DNA of 32,000 nt, from assembly GCF_000092105.1 (NCBI RefSeq), contig NC_014148.1:1710001-1742000 (forward strand), written 5' to 3'. The position numbers were made by a program, and so were the translations under genes. Below, in pieces: positions 1 through 9,899 of the stretch (positions within the stretch are counted from its first letter, which is position 1; every line of letters starts with the position of its first letter). The stretch is from Planctopirus limnophila DSM 3776. Lineage in GTDB: Bacteria > Planctomycetota > Planctomycetia > Planctomycetales > Planctomycetaceae. Below the pieces are notes generated by a model that saw only the letters and a program-made list of their open reading frames with translations, made no database searches and was not told where the DNA came from.

Positions 1-1091
1 AGGCGGAAGATGCGGAACATCTGCGGCGGCATGTGGATCCTCGCGACGCACGAGCCATCGAACCGTTATACACCGAAGAGCATGCCAGAGCCGTCTGTGA
101 TCTCTTTGAAACGATTCCTTATGGTCAACGGGAAGATGTGGGCAAAGATGTTCGCATGCTATTTCGAGAAGCCGGCCATATTCTCGGTTCGGCAATTGTA
201 GAGCTCGATCTGGAAGAACAGGGGGAGTGGAAGCGCGTGGTCTTCACGGGTGATCTTGGCAGGCGCGGATTGCCGATTCTGCGTGATCCGCAACTGGTCG
301 ATCGATGCGACCTGCTGATTACCGAAGGAACCTACGGGAACCGGATTCATCCGGAAGCGGGTGCTCAGGAACTTGAACTCCAGCGCATCATTCAAAGAAC
401 TGCCGCCCGCGAAGGACGTGTGATTATCCCCGCGTTTGCGCTGGGGCGAACTCAAAACATTCTGTACTACCTCAATGATCTCAATAATCAGAACCTGCTT
501 CCGCGGATCCCGATGTATGTCGATAGCCCGCTTTCCAGGGAACTCACGCAGATTTATCTGCGGCATTTGAACGAAATGGATGCGGCGGTGCAGCGTGTCC
601 GGCAGGCTGATGAGCATCCTTTCAGCTTTCCGGGACTGCAATTCATACGAACACCTCAGGAAAGTGCCTCGCTCAACTATCGCAAAGGATCATTTGTGGT
701 CATTGCTTCGAGCGGCATGTGCGAAAGCGGTCGCGTGGTTCATCATCTCAAGCATGGCCTCGCTGATGAAAAGAACACCGTGATTTTGATGGGGTTTCAG
801 GCTCAAGGAACACTCGGGCGGCGTCTACAGGAACGCCGATCCCCTGTGAAAGTGCTGAATCGGGAAGTGGAAATTCGAGCCGACATCGAGTGTCTGACTG
901 GCCTTTCGGCTCACGCCGATGCGGCCGACTTCCAGTGGTGGTTCGGCGAACTTGGTAAGAGTGGAGGTTGCGGAAAAGCCGTCGTGGTGCACAGCGAGGA
1001 AGGGCCAGCCGCAGCGACTGCCTCCCTTTTGGCCGATGTTTGTGATGAGCCGCCAATAGTTCCCAAGCCGGGTGAAGTGATTGAGTTTTAG
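1..1091 (+). CDS. MBL-fold metallo-hydrolase of the beta-CASP / RNA-metabolising type (RNase J/CPSF-like), 5' end cut by window edge
   Basis: The frame of the 33..1091 track ORF stays open back to nt 3, so the true start and the HxHxDH N-terminal lobe lie left of the window. The translation has the beta-CASP layout: 'VVFTGDLGRRGLPILRDP', 'LLITEGTYGNRIH', 'VIIPAFALGRTQNILYYL', 'VVIASSGMCESGRVVHHL' and the C-terminal His motif 'LSAHADAADF'. Stop TAG at 1089-1091. Confidence 0.8.
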   Translation, partial: AEDAEHLRRHVDPRDARAIEPLYTEEHARAVCDLFETIPYGQREDVGKDVRMLFREAGHILGSAIVELDLEEQGEWKRVVFTGDLGRRGLPILRDPQLVDRCDLLITEGTYGNRIHPEAGAQELELQRIIQRTAAREGRVIIPAFALGRTQNILYYLNDLNNQNLLPRIPMYVDSPLSRELTQIYLRHLNEMDAAVQRVRQADEHPFSFPGLQFIRTPQESASLNYRKGSFVVIASSGMCESGRVVHHLKHGLADEKNTVILMGFQAQGTLGRRLQERRSPVKVLNREVEIRADIECLTGLSAHADAADFQWWFGELGKSGGCGKAVVVHSEEGPAAATASLLADVCDEPPIVPKPGEVIEF

Positions 1092-1120
1092 AGCGTTTGT
1101 GAATTTCCTCTTGGAAATGA

Positions 1121-1161
1121 CAAAGCAAAAGAAAATGCCCGGCTCCACTTTGAAGCCGGGC
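1121..1161 (-). terminator. Rho-independent terminator of glmS
   Basis: An 8-bp GC-rich stem, GCCCGGCT (1137-1144) / AGCCGGGC (1154-1161), encloses a 9-nt loop. On the minus strand the stem is followed directly by ATTTTCTTTTGCTTTG (plus-strand A-rich run 1121-1136). It lies about 26 nt downstream of the glmS stop. There is no T-run on the plus-strand side. Confidence 0.75.
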
Positions 1162-1187
1162 ACTTATAGATGTCGTATCAATCAGAT

Positions 1188-3050
1188 CTATTCCACCGTG
1201 ACGCTCTTGGCGAGATTGCGGGGGCGATCAACGTTGCAGCCGCGGAGCAGGGCGATTTCGTAGGCCAAAAGCTGCAGTGGGACTGATGTCACCATCGGCT
1301 GGAGGTATTCATCGACATCGGGCACATAGATCACGTCGTCTGCCAGTTCAGCGACTTTGTCGTCACCTTCACAGGCGATGGCGATAATCGGGCCACGACG
1401 GGCACGGACTTCTTCCATGTTGCTGATGACTTTGGGGTAAATCTGACAACGGGGAACGACGAAGACACTGGGCGTCTGTTCGTCAACCAGCGCGATAGGC
1501 CCATGTTTCATCTCGGCGGCAGGATAGCCCTCGGCATGGATGTAACTGATTTCCTTCAGCTTGAGAGCCCCTTCCAGCGCGACGGGGAAGTTGTGCAGAC
1601 GTCCCAGGTAAAGGAAGTTTTCAGCAGTGTAGTACTTTCGAGCGATCTCTTTGACGCGGTTATGGCATTCGAGCGTCTGGCGAATCTTGTCGGGCATTTT
1701 TCGCAGGTTGGCAATCATGCGCTGGCCCGCCGGATAAGAAAGGTGGCGAATGCGTCCCATGAAGAGTGCGAGCAAAGTGAGGACTGTCACCTGGGATGTG
1801 AAGGCCTTGGTCGATGCAACACCCACTTCCGGGCCGGCATGCAGATAAATTCCACCGTCGGCTTCGCGGGCGATTGACGACCCGACAACGTTGCAGATGG
1901 CGAGAGTCGGGTGTCCTTTGCGTTTGCATTCACGCATGGCCGCCAGAGTATCGGCAGTTTCCCCACTTTGAGTGATGGCGAAGACCATTGTTCGCTCGGA
2001 CATGGGGGGATTGCGATAACGCAGTTCGCTGGCATATTCGACTTCGACAGGTATGCGGGCAAACTCTTCGATGATGTATTCACCCACGAGACCTGCATGC
2101 CAGCTCGTGCCACAGGCTGTGAGCACGATTCGGTCAATGCGGCGGAGTTCCTGCGGGTCGAGATTCAGGCCACCAAATCGTGCCGTGGCTTCATCATCGT
2201 CGAGTCGTCCACGGAAGGCGTTTTCAATGGATGTCGGCTGCTCAAAGATTTCCTTGAGCATGTAATGTTCAAACTGCCCGAGCTCGGTATCCGATGCGGT
2301 TTGTTCGAGCACACGAATGTGAGGAGTTTGAGAGCCGGTATCGCGATGCAGAATTTCCAGAGAATTTGCAGTGATCATGGCGATTTCGTGGTCATTGAGG
2401 TAGACCACCTTGTCGGTGTATCCCACCAGGGGGCTGGCATCGCTGGCCAGGTAATGTTCGTCTTTGCCGACACCCACGACTAATGGGCTTCCCAGGCGGG
2501 CGGCAATGAGCAGACCGGGTTTATCTCGAAAGAGAACACCCAGGCCGTAAGTCCCTTTGAGTTGCTTCAGGGTCAGTTCAACCGCTCGCAGATAGGTTGC
2601 GTTTGAGTCGGGATCTGCACCGAGCTTGAGTTCTTCTTCCAGTTGGTGCGCCACCAGATGAGCAACAACTTCAGTATCGGTCTGTGAGTGGAAGACGTAG
2701 CCGAGTTCCTGGAGCTGGCTGCGAAGGGTCGCGTAGTTTTCGATCACACCGTTGTGAACGAGGACGACTTCACCATTTCCGCCGGTATGCGGGTGAGAGT
2801 TGTTATCTGAAGGCTGACCATGTGTCGCCCAGCGTGTGTGGCCAATGCCATGAGTGCCAGTCACCGGGCTCGCTTTTAAGAGTTCAGCAAGTTGACCGAC
2901 TCGCCCCGTCTTTTTGCGAACAGCAATCGTATCGCCGGATTGAACTGCGATTCCTGCGCTGTCATACCCTCGGTACTCAAGACGAAACAGACCTTCCAGC
3001 AGGTAGTTTGACGCTGGCTTGGCGCCGATGTAGCCGACGATTCCGCACAT
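1188..3050 (-). CDS. glmS: Glutamine--fructose-6-phosphate aminotransferase (isomerising)
   Basis: 620 aa. The N-terminus 'MCGIVGYIG' has the Ntn-amidotransferase Cys2 nucleophile, followed by 'GHTRWATHG' and 'HNGVIENY'. Two SIS-type repeats follow ('ACGTSWHAG', 'AITQSGETADT'). The C-terminus has the characteristic '...DRPRNLAKSVTVE'. Confidence 0.97.
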   Translation of the reverse strand: MCGIVGYIGAKPASNYLLEGLFRLEYRGYDSAGIAVQSGDTIAVRKKTGRVGQLAELLKASPVTGTHGIGHTRWATHGQPSDNNSHPHTGGNGEVVLVHNGVIENYATLRSQLQELGYVFHSQTDTEVVAHLVAHQLEEELKLGADPDSNATYLRAVELTLKQLKGTYGLGVLFRDKPGLLIAARLGSPLVVGVGKDEHYLASDASPLVGYTDKVVYLNDHEIAMITANSLEILHRDTGSQTPHIRVLEQTASDTELGQFEHYMLKEIFEQPTSIENAFRGRLDDDEATARFGGLNLDPQELRRIDRIVLTACGTSWHAGLVGEYIIEEFARIPVEVEYASELRYRNPPMSERTMVFAITQSGETADTLAAMRECKRKGHPTLAICNVVGSSIAREADGGIYLHAGPEVGVASTKAFTSQVTVLTLLALFMGRIRHLSYPAGQRMIANLRKMPDKIRQTLECHNRVKEIARKYYTAENFLYLGRLHNFPVALEGALKLKEISYIHAEGYPAAEMKHGPIALVDEQTPSVFVVPRCQIYPKVISNMEEVRARRGPIIAIACEGDDKVAELADDVIYVPDVDEYLQPMVTSVPLQLLAYEIALLRGCNVDRPRNLAKSVTVE

Positions 3051-3220
3051 CTGATTTTCCCGAAAGGAACTGTGAAACGAACAAATTTGGAACGTGGTTG
3101 ATGAAACCGGATTTCTGGATATTTCTGAAGCTTTATGCAGATGATCAATTGTGGCAACATCAGTTTTGGCAAAGTGGTTACGTCGTTGCCTGGAGATGTC
3201 TACTGACCTTGTGGAATGTG

Positions 3221-4189
3221 CTATGTCTGGGCCGCATGGGTCGCAAACCAGCGGACAGTTTCCTGGAGTCCCTGGGCGAGGTCAAAACCTGGTTTCCAAC
3301 CCAGATGGGCAGCAGCTCTGGCGGGACAAACGAGGCTGGATCTCAGATCACCGGCTCGGGCTGGCCCGTAATTCATCTCCGGTAGATTGAGCTGGATCCC
3401 TTCCTGTGCACGCAGTGCAATGAGCTGATCGCGAACACACGAAGCCAGTTGATTGACATCTGTCGGAGTGGCTGTGCCAATGTTGAAAGCGTCGAAATGT
3501 GTCGGCAATGTCGATTCCATTGCCAGGGCATTGGCGAGAGCCACATCTGGCCCGTAGACATAATCTCGAATGTATTTGCCATCGCCATTGATGGTGGGTG
3601 CCTGACCAGCGAGCAGTTTCTGGCAGAAGATGGCGACGACACCCGCTTCACCGTGAGGGTTTTGCCGGGGGCCATAAACGTTGGCATAGCGTAAGGCGAC
3701 GCCCTGCATTCCTCGCTCACGGGCGAAGAATTCCAGATATTTTTCGCCAACCCACTTACTGATTCCATAAGGCGAGATGGGTGCTGCGGGGTAATCCTCG
3801 GCCGTGGGGACAGAGACATCCCCGTAGAGTACGCCTCCGGAAGAAGCAAAGACAATTCGTTTTGCACTGACAGCGGCGGCTGAATCGAAGACGTTCAGTA
3901 ATCCCAGAACGTTGACTTCGGCATCGAAAACAGGCTCACGGACAGAGCGACTGACAGACATCTGTGCCGCCTGATGAGAAACCCAGTCAGGGCGAACTTC
4001 TTCGAAAATCTCTCGAATGCGAGAGCCATGGCGCAGATCAGTGACGAAGAGTGGAACGCCCTGAGGAAGATTTTTCGGACTGCCTGACGAAAGATCGTCG
4101 ATCACAAATGGTTGATGTCCACGGGCGATCAAAGCATCCACAATATGGCTGCCAATGAAGCCGGCCCCGCCTGTTACGATAACTTTCAT
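3221..4189 (-). CDS. NAD-dependent epimerase/dehydratase (extended SDR, UDP-sugar 4-epimerase-like)
   Basis: The Rossmann start 'MKVIVTGGAGFIGSH' argues for the ATG at 4189 rather than the longest-ORF ATG at 4246. The catalytic 'SPYGISK' (YxxxK) and 'RYANVYGPRQ' are typical of GalE-like enzymes. Substrate cannot be called from sequence alone. Confidence 0.9.
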   Translation of the reverse strand: MKVIVTGGAGFIGSHIVDALIARGHQPFVIDDLSSGSPKNLPQGVPLFVTDLRHGSRIREIFEEVRPDWVSHQAAQMSVSRSVREPVFDAEVNVLGLLNVFDSAAAVSAKRIVFASSGGVLYGDVSVPTAEDYPAAPISPYGISKWVGEKYLEFFARERGMQGVALRYANVYGPRQNPHGEAGVVAIFCQKLLAGQAPTINGDGKYIRDYVYGPDVALANALAMESTLPTHFDAFNIGTATPTDVNQLASCVRDQLIALRAQEGIQLNLPEMNYGPARAGDLRSSLVCPARAAAHLGWKPGFDLAQGLQETVRWFATHAAQT

Positions 4190-4565
4190 GCGCGCATTGC
4201 TTCCGCTGGAATGAGATGGTTTTTCAAAGCATAGCTCGAAGAACATAAGTGCATATCTAAAAATCGAAAAGGGATGTTTGTTTCTCTATGACCAGATGCC
4301 AGGGAGATGAAGCTTTTGCTTGCTCAGTGCTTGAAATTGGAAAGAACGTGGTCATGTGGAAGGGAGTGTCCTTCAAAGATCTGATGTTCAGGTTTTTGAA
4401 TGGAAATTGACCTTGCTGAATATTGGCAGGGAGTGCTATGAGACCAACTTGAATTGATGAACAACTGCATTTCCGAACTTCCCGTCACCGATCGAATGCG
4501 AGTCTTCCCGCAGTATGGAGGAAGAATCAGGGCCTCCATACCCATTTTGAACAGGCGCCAGACTG

Positions 4566-4829
4566 ATGCTGGCTACTCACCGGGTTCCCTACAGGCAGCA
4601 GACCGTGAAACATTTGAAATGTTTAGCTGTTTTATCGATATGTGTGATCGCTGCTGCGGGTTGCAAGATGGGCTCTGTTGGTCAGGCTCTTTCTGGAGTG
4701 CCATCGCAATCTGAGCCTCCCGTCAAATCGTTTGATCAGCCTGTGGTTGAGAAGTCGAGCCCGGCAAAAGATCGCGTCGCCCGAGCCTTGGAAGAGGATT
4801 CGCAAGACGATGGATTCGGGTTTGAATAA
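4566..4829 (+). CDS. Hypothetical small lipoprotein/secreted protein
   Basis: 87-aa ORF. It has a hydrophobic segment ending in a lipobox-like 'VIAAAGC', then a low-complexity acidic tail. A later in-frame GTG start ('VKHLKCL...') is possible. No recognisable domain. Confidence 0.45.
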   Translation: MLATHRVPYRQQTVKHLKCLAVLSICVIAAAGCKMGSVGQALSGVPSQSEPPVKSFDQPVVEKSSPAKDRVARALEEDSQDDGFGFE

Positions 4830-4916
4830 TTGCCGGGAAATGATGTGAGTTTGAGTTTTGATTGCAGATTTTGAACCGCATGCAGTTGAGGTTGAATTTT
4901 AAAGAGAGAACTGGCC

Positions 4917-5255
4917 ATGGGGCGGAGGATTCACACCAGGTTTATGGCCGGCTTGGGGCTGATTCTCGTGCTCTGGAGTGGCAACACGGGCTGCATTACT
5001 CAGCGAAAGAGTTTTTCTTTGGATAGCAACTCGCGAGTTCCATTTTTTGGTCTTGAGCTGGCACCGAATGACCGCTCGACTCAAAACGAAATCCGCTCGA
5101 TTACTCACTCCCAGTCAGCGACTCGAAGCTGGAGTGATCCCTTTGGTAAAGAGTCGAAGAAACGTTTGTCCGCTCCCCGAGTTCCATTTCCTCGAACTGA
5201 CAAAGAGTCGTCAGTTCCAGTTGATCTGGAGAAAGATGTCTCTGATCAGTTCTAA
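4917..5255 (+). CDS. Hypothetical small lipoprotein/secreted protein
   Basis: 112-aa ORF with the N-terminus 'MGRRIHTRFMAGLGLILVLWSGNTGC' (positive n-region, hydrophobic core, Cys). The remainder is polar and disordered-looking. No recognisable domain. The overlapping 4978..5334 frame looks less protein-like. Confidence 0.45.
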   Translation: MGRRIHTRFMAGLGLILVLWSGNTGCITQRKSFSLDSNSRVPFFGLELAPNDRSTQNEIRSITHSQSATRSWSDPFGKESKKRLSAPRVPFPRTDKESSVPVDLEKDVSDQF

Positions 5256-5292
5256 ATGGTTGATGCTTGATCGGGTCGATGATTTTCGTCGA

Positions 5293-7716
5293 TCAACCGT
5301 CGGAGTGAACCAGTTCCAGATTGCTGCTTGCTGACAATTCGTTTTGATGGGTCGCCACCTGTTCGAGAATCAACTGGATGAGGCGCACTTTGTTGATGGG
5401 TTTCGTCGTGTAGTCGCTGCAACCGGCTGCCAGGCACTTTTCGCGATCACTGCTCATGGCGTGAGCTGTTAGAGCCACAATGGGTGCCCGATAGCCTGCG
5501 GCGCGTAGTTTTGCGGATGCCTGATAACCATCGAGAACAGGCATTTGCATATCCATGAGGATCACATCAAAACCGCTGGCTGATCTTTGAGCATCCATGG
5601 CCTGTTGAAATGCCAGTTCTCCGTTCTCGACGACCATGACTTCTGCACCGGCTTTTCTCAGAATCAGAGAGATGAGTTTCTGGTTATCCGGGCCATCTTC
5701 CGCCAGCAGAATTCGAAGATTCTGCAGAGGAGCCGTAGTGGCAATGGATTGTGGTGCCGGGCTTTCGGATGTTGTCGAAACGGCAGATGAAGACTCCACT
5801 GCTGCCTGCTGGAGATCGTGGAATTGTGGAGTACTGAATTGAGGTTTGATGGCATCGATATGCAGCGAGAAGACCGAACCGACACCGACTTGTGAGGTGA
5901 CTTCAATATCGCCATGCATCATGCGTGCCAGCCGACGACTGATGGTTAACCCTAAACCAGTGCCACCATATTTTCGAGTGGTGGAGGTATCCGCCTGAGT
6001 AAAGGGTTGGAAGAGTCGTCCGATCTGCTCTTTGGTCATACCGATCCCGGTATCACAAACACTGAATCGTAGACCACCCAAAGCATCAGGATTTCCCGTC
6101 TGTGTTCCTTGCGGGTTCACATATTCGACTCGCAGTTGCACATTGCCGACATGGGTAAACTTGACGGCGTTGCCGAGCAGATTCAGTAGAATCTGGCGGA
6201 GCCGGGTCGGGTCGGTCTCGACAAACTCAGGGACGTTAGAAGCGGTTTGCACAACGAGTTTAAGGCCTTTATCGCGAGCTCGAATCCGCATGAGAGCGCA
6301 GGCATCATTGGCGATGAGAATCGGTGAACAACGAACGCTTTCGATGGTCAGTTTGTCAGCTTCGATTTTCGACAGATCCAGAATGTCGTTGATGATCTCC
6401 AGGAGAAAATCCGCATTGCGGCGAATGGTCTGCAAGGAATCGGCAGCGTGTGGAGCGATGTCAGGTTGTTCGAGCAGCAGTTCGGTGTAGCCAAGAATCG
6501 CAGTCATGGGAGTACGGATTTCGTGGCTCATGTTGGCCAGGAACTCGCTCTTCGTCCGTGCTGCATCTTCCGCCTGAGTTTTGGCTTTACCAAGTTCCTC
6601 AACCACCCGTGCCAGATGAGCGCTGTTCTGCTCTTCGATTTCTTTGAGTCGCTTCAAGTCTTCGGCGTATCGTTTGAGAGATTCTTCCGCGTGGATGCGT
6701 TCGGTAATATCCTCGATGGTGCCGACATGCGTTGTCCCTTCATCCGAAAAGACAGGATTAGAGCGAATCTGTACCCAGCCTGTGGAACCATCAGGAGCTT
6801 TGTTGCGAAAGATTCCGGAGAAACCTTCCAGTTCATCCAGTCCTCTTTGCCAGCCGATACGAACGGCTTCGCGATCATCTTCATGCACAAATTCAAACCA
6901 TTCGTGTGTCAGGCTTTCTTCGAGTGACATCCCGGCAATCGCCCGCCAGGCACTATTCGTGTACCGGCAATTTGCTCCAGCGCCGGCTTCAAAGATACCA
7001 ATCGGTACTGACTCACTCAGAGTCCTCAGGCGGACTTCACTTACCCGCAGATGTTGCAAAGCGTCTTCCAATTGGGATCGTTCGCGTGATCGACGATCGT
7101 CTTCCCGCTGCTGGTGGTGTAGTTGACGAATTCGAATGACGTAGATGCCAGTCGAGAGAATAATCGGCGCTAAATAACTGACAGCATCTTCCTGAAGAGA
7201 GATTCCGCACCACAGCTGGCGATAGGCCACGGTCATGCCCAGACCAAGTAATCCACAAGCGATAAAAGATTTCCAATTTCGGAAAACTGCTACCAGAGCC
7301 AGGCAGTTGACGGCCAGTTCGAGGCCACCCACAGGTGATTCGTGTTCAGTATATTCACGAAGAGAAATGGTGAGGAGCAGGGACATCAGGCCAATCGCCA
7401 GGGGGCCAGTCAGTCTGGGGATTTTCGGCTCGTATCGAACGAGTGAAATCATCAGGAGGCAGATGACGAAGTGCAGGCAGTGTGCGATTGTAACAATTTG
7501 CGTCCAATGTGGGGTGCCCTGAAGGCTCAGGACTGCCAGACCATGCATGGCGATGGTTGAAATCGCTACCCAGCGGAGAACCTGCTTGGCGTCAGATGAA
7601 AACTGACTCTCCAGGGGGGTGGCTGGAGAAACTGTGGAGTGAACCCGCGAGGTATGCTGGCGGAAAAGTTGATTAGCCTGTCCAATATCGATGTCGAATC
7701 GCATGCTGCGGCTCAC
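5293..7716 (-). CDS. Hybrid sensor histidine kinase / response regulator (polytopic membrane N-terminus, PAS, HisKA, HATPase_c, REC)
   Basis: 807 aa. About 5-6 hydrophobic helices lie in the first ~190 aa, followed by a coiled linker and a PAS-like segment ('[16 protein letters not shown]...'). Kinase motifs: H-box '[18 protein letters not shown]', N-box '[12 protein letters not shown]', G1 'DTGIGM', G2 '[14 protein letters not shown]'. The C-terminal receiver reads '[11 protein letters not shown]...[12 protein letters not shown]...ALTAHAM...K'. Confidence 0.92.
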   Translation of the reverse strand: MSRSMRFDIDIGQANQLFRQHTSRVHSTVSPATPLESQFSSDAKQVLRWVAISTIAMHGLAVLSLQGTPHWTQIVTIAHCLHFVICLLMISLVRYEPKIPRLTGPLAIGLMSLLLTISLREYTEHESPVGGLELAVNCLALVAVFRNWKSFIACGLLGLGMTVAYRQLWCGISLQEDAVSYLAPIILSTGIYVIRIRQLHHQQREDDRRSRERSQLEDALQHLRVSEVRLRTLSESVPIGIFEAGAGANCRYTNSAWRAIAGMSLEESLTHEWFEFVHEDDREAVRIGWQRGLDELEGFSGIFRNKAPDGSTGWVQIRSNPVFSDEGTTHVGTIEDITERIHAEESLKRYAEDLKRLKEIEEQNSAHLARVVEELGKAKTQAEDAARTKSEFLANMSHEIRTPMTAILGYTELLLEQPDIAPHAADSLQTIRRNADFLLEIINDILDLSKIEADKLTIESVRCSPILIANDACALMRIRARDKGLKLVVQTASNVPEFVETDPTRLRQILLNLLGNAVKFTHVGNVQLRVEYVNPQGTQTGNPDALGGLRFSVCDTGIGMTKEQIGRLFQPFTQADTSTTRKYGGTGLGLTISRRLARMMHGDIEVTSQVGVGSVFSLHIDAIKPQFSTPQFHDLQQAAVESSSAVSTTSESPAPQSIATTAPLQNLRILLAEDGPDNQKLISLILRKAGAEVMVVENGELAFQQAMDAQRSASGFDVILMDMQMPVLDGYQASAKLRAAGYRAPIVALTAHAMSSDREKCLAAGCSDYTTKPINKVRLIQLILEQVATHQNELSASSNLELVHSDG

Positions 7717-7998
7717 GTTATCCGTTTTTGTTCATTTTTCGGGACGAGCAGGGCCGTGAAGAACTGTGTTCTTTCCTAATCCCATGTTCCCTTTTGTGAA
7801 CGTAGGCCAGTTCAGAGCATGAGTTGAGGTTTTTCCATGCAATCGATATGTGGCACTTTTACGAGTTGTGGAAGATAACGAATCTTCCTGATAGCGCGAT
7901 TGTTTCGAAGGTGATGGTGGAAAGAAATTAGGCTGAGATTGGAGCGAAGCGTTGCCAAGCCTCCTTTCCAATGAATCAGAGACCGTAATCGTCGCCTT

Positions 7999-9132
7999 GT
8001 GAAGGATAAGGGTTTGTCGAAGTTTGCTTTTTCGCTGTTGGCGACTGATCCGAAGAGTATGGCTCGTGCCGGACTTTGGGAGACTCCTCACGGCACGATC
8101 GAAACTCCAGCCTTTATGCCTGTGGGCACAGCCGGCACGGTCAAGGGACTGACTCCTGATCAACTGGCGGCGACTGGAGCCAAAAAGATTCTGGCAAACA
8201 CCTATCATCTCGCGCTACGACCTGGGCCCGAGGTTGTGGCCGACTTAGGTGGTCTGCATCGGTTTTTTGACTGGTCAGGCCCGATTCTGACAGACTCTGG
8301 CGGCTTTCAAATCTTCAGTCTGGCGAAACTATCCAGGATGACAGAAGAGGGGGTCACTTTTCGTTCTCATCTGGATGGATCTGCACTGAATCTCACACCT
8401 GAGAAGGCGATGTCGATCCAGGAGTTTTTGGGGGCGGATGTCATCATGTGTCTGGATGAATGTCCTCCCGCAGATGCGCCGGAGGAGCATATCCTGCGGG
8501 CGGTTGATCGAACGACGCGTTGGGCTGCCCGGTGCCGGGAAGCACATCAGCGGTCTGATCAGGCGCTGTTTGGGATCGTCCAGGGGGGGACCATCGAATC
8601 ATTGCGAATTCGCTCGGCTGAAGCGTTATTGCCGTTTGATTTTCCGGGATATGCCGTCGGCGGGCTGAGTGTGGGCGAGCCTCCTCCCGAAATGTACCGG
8701 ACACTGGAATTCACAACTCCGGTGCTACCTGTGCAGAAGCCGCGTTATCTCATGGGGGTTGGGCGCCCTATTGACCTGATTGAAGGGGTCTTACGCGGGA
8801 TTGACCTGTTCGATTGCGTGATGCCCACTCGAAACGGTCGAAATGGAATGGCATTCACCAGTACTGGGCCTGTGCGGCTGAAAAATGCCAGGCATCTTCG
8901 AGATACGAGCCCACTGGATGCTGAATGTCCCTGTCAGGCATGTCAGCGATTTAGCCGGGGGTACCTGAGACATTTGTTCATGTGTGGTGAAATGCTGGGC
9001 CCGATTCTCCTGACGTTACACAACCTCACATTTTATCAGAGACTGATGAAGGGGCTGCGAGAAGCGATTCTTGAAGGACGTGGGATTGAGTTCCGAGCCA
9101 GTCAGCTTGCCCGGTGGGGTGAGTCTGGCTAG
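7999..9132 (+). CDS. tgt: tRNA-guanine(34) transglycosylase (queuine tRNA-ribosyltransferase)
   Basis: 377 aa. Motifs: '[23 protein letters not shown]', 'ILTDSGGFQ', 'LDECPP', 'FGIVQGG', '[10 protein letters not shown]', and the zinc site 'CPCQAC...H'. The GTG start at 7999 is the longest option and the exact start is uncertain. It sits in the classical tgt-yajC-secDF order. Confidence 0.95.
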   Translation: MKDKGLSKFAFSLLATDPKSMARAGLWETPHGTIETPAFMPVGTAGTVKGLTPDQLAATGAKKILANTYHLALRPGPEVVADLGGLHRFFDWSGPILTDSGGFQIFSLAKLSRMTEEGVTFRSHLDGSALNLTPEKAMSIQEFLGADVIMCLDECPPADAPEEHILRAVDRTTRWAARCREAHQRSDQALFGIVQGGTIESLRIRSAEALLPFDFPGYAVGGLSVGEPPPEMYRTLEFTTPVLPVQKPRYLMGVGRPIDLIEGVLRGIDLFDCVMPTRNGRNGMAFTSTGPVRLKNARHLRDTSPLDAECPCQACQRFSRGYLRHLFMCGEMLGPILLTLHNLTFYQRLMKGLREAILEGRGIEFRASQLARWGESG

Positions 9133-9308
9133 GATACCAGCTTCAATCCGAGGCCGACCATGTTCCGTTGGCTCTTATCTGATAAGAGTTTGGGGCATTT
9201 GGTCAGCCTTAGGATTTATGATTTTCGACTTTTGTGAATGTAATCAGGTGGCATGTTGGACGGATTTGATGCACTGAGAGTGGTGCTCAAGTTCGAGGGA
9301 GAGACGGA

Positions 9309-9680
9309 GTGAATTGGCAGTCGGGCTTGATGATTGCACAGCCAGCACCACAGGCAGCACCAGCACAAGGGGGCAATCCGACCACTGAGATCTGGGGCAT
9401 GTTTGTCCCCATGATTATTGTGGTGGGCCTGTTTTACTTCTTGATGGTTGTGCCTCAGCGAAAAGAGCAGGCCAAACGGGATGCTCTGATCAAGGCGCTG
9501 AAAAAGAACGATCGAGTGGTCACCATCGGCGGGATGATCGGGCACGTGGCCAACATCTCGGCGGATGGAAAAGAGATCACCCTGAAGTTCGGTGACAACG
9601 TGCGGATTCCTTTCCGCCGCAGTGCGATTCATGAAGTGTTGGGTGAGGAAGTTCCTCCGACAGATGCCAAACCTGTTTGA
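9309..9680 (+). CDS. yajC: Preprotein translocase subunit YajC
   Basis: It has a single TM helix followed by 'FYFLMVVPQRKEQAKRDALIKALKKNDRVVTIGGMIGHV', the YajC signature. It lies between tgt and secDF. The GTG start at 9309 is uncertain, with in-frame ATGs downstream. Confidence 0.85.
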   Translation: MNWQSGLMIAQPAPQAAPAQGGNPTTEIWGMFVPMIIVVGLFYFLMVVPQRKEQAKRDALIKALKKNDRVVTIGGMIGHVANISADGKEITLKFGDNVRIPFRRSAIHEVLGEEVPPTDAKPV

Positions 9681-9899
9681 GGTCGTGCCTCACTCAAATT
9701 CAATAGTTCTTCTGGTCTCACAGCGATTTATCCCTCACCGAGAATTATTGAATGCCGGGCGCTGCAAACGTGAGTTGCCTGAATTCTGAGGCGATTTGAT
9801 TTACTAAGTGAATGCAGTTTCTGACTTGTTCCCAACCAGTGATCAGGCTTGATCAACAATACTTATCGACCGATCTGGCAACATTGAGTTCGCCCGAAA

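Noticed and set aside
3051-3220. Possible glmS ribozyme/riboswitch in the 170-nt leader upstream of glmS
   Set aside because: Read on the minus strand, the leader shows none of the conserved glmS-ribozyme core (for example the AGCGCC...GGCG pairing and the ACGAGG-type core) that I can recall. I see only trivial short repeats such as CAGAAAT x2. An Rfam scan would be decisive.
2684-3385. 233-aa plus-strand ORF spanning the glmS 5' end, the intergenic region and the epimerase 3' end
   Set aside because: It overlaps two well-supported minus-strand genes. Its translation is Arg/Cys/Ser-rich with no motifs, so it is a shadow ORF.
5258-5298. Competing 7-bp inverted repeats (GGTTGAT/ATCAACC and TTGATCG/CGATCAA) between the convergent lipoprotein-like ORF and the kinase
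   Set aside because: The stems are short and mutually exclusive, with no U-tract on either strand. It may be a weak bidirectional terminator but is too marginal to call. The same applies to TTCCCAC-TCA-GTGGGAA at 27536-27552 after lspA.
7732-8208. 158-aa minus-strand ORF covering the kinase/tgt divergent region and the tgt start
   Set aside because: It overlaps the conserved N-terminus of tgt. Its composition is low-complexity (Ser/Arg/Gln-rich) and it has no recognisable features.
9172-9188. CTCTTATC-T-GATAAGAG palindrome 40 nt after the tgt stop
   Set aside because: Inverted repeats with 8-bp arms and short spacers are expected a few times per 32 kb by chance. As RNA it is a weak AT-rich hairpin with only TTTGGGG following. 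It may be a weak terminator but does not merit a feature call.
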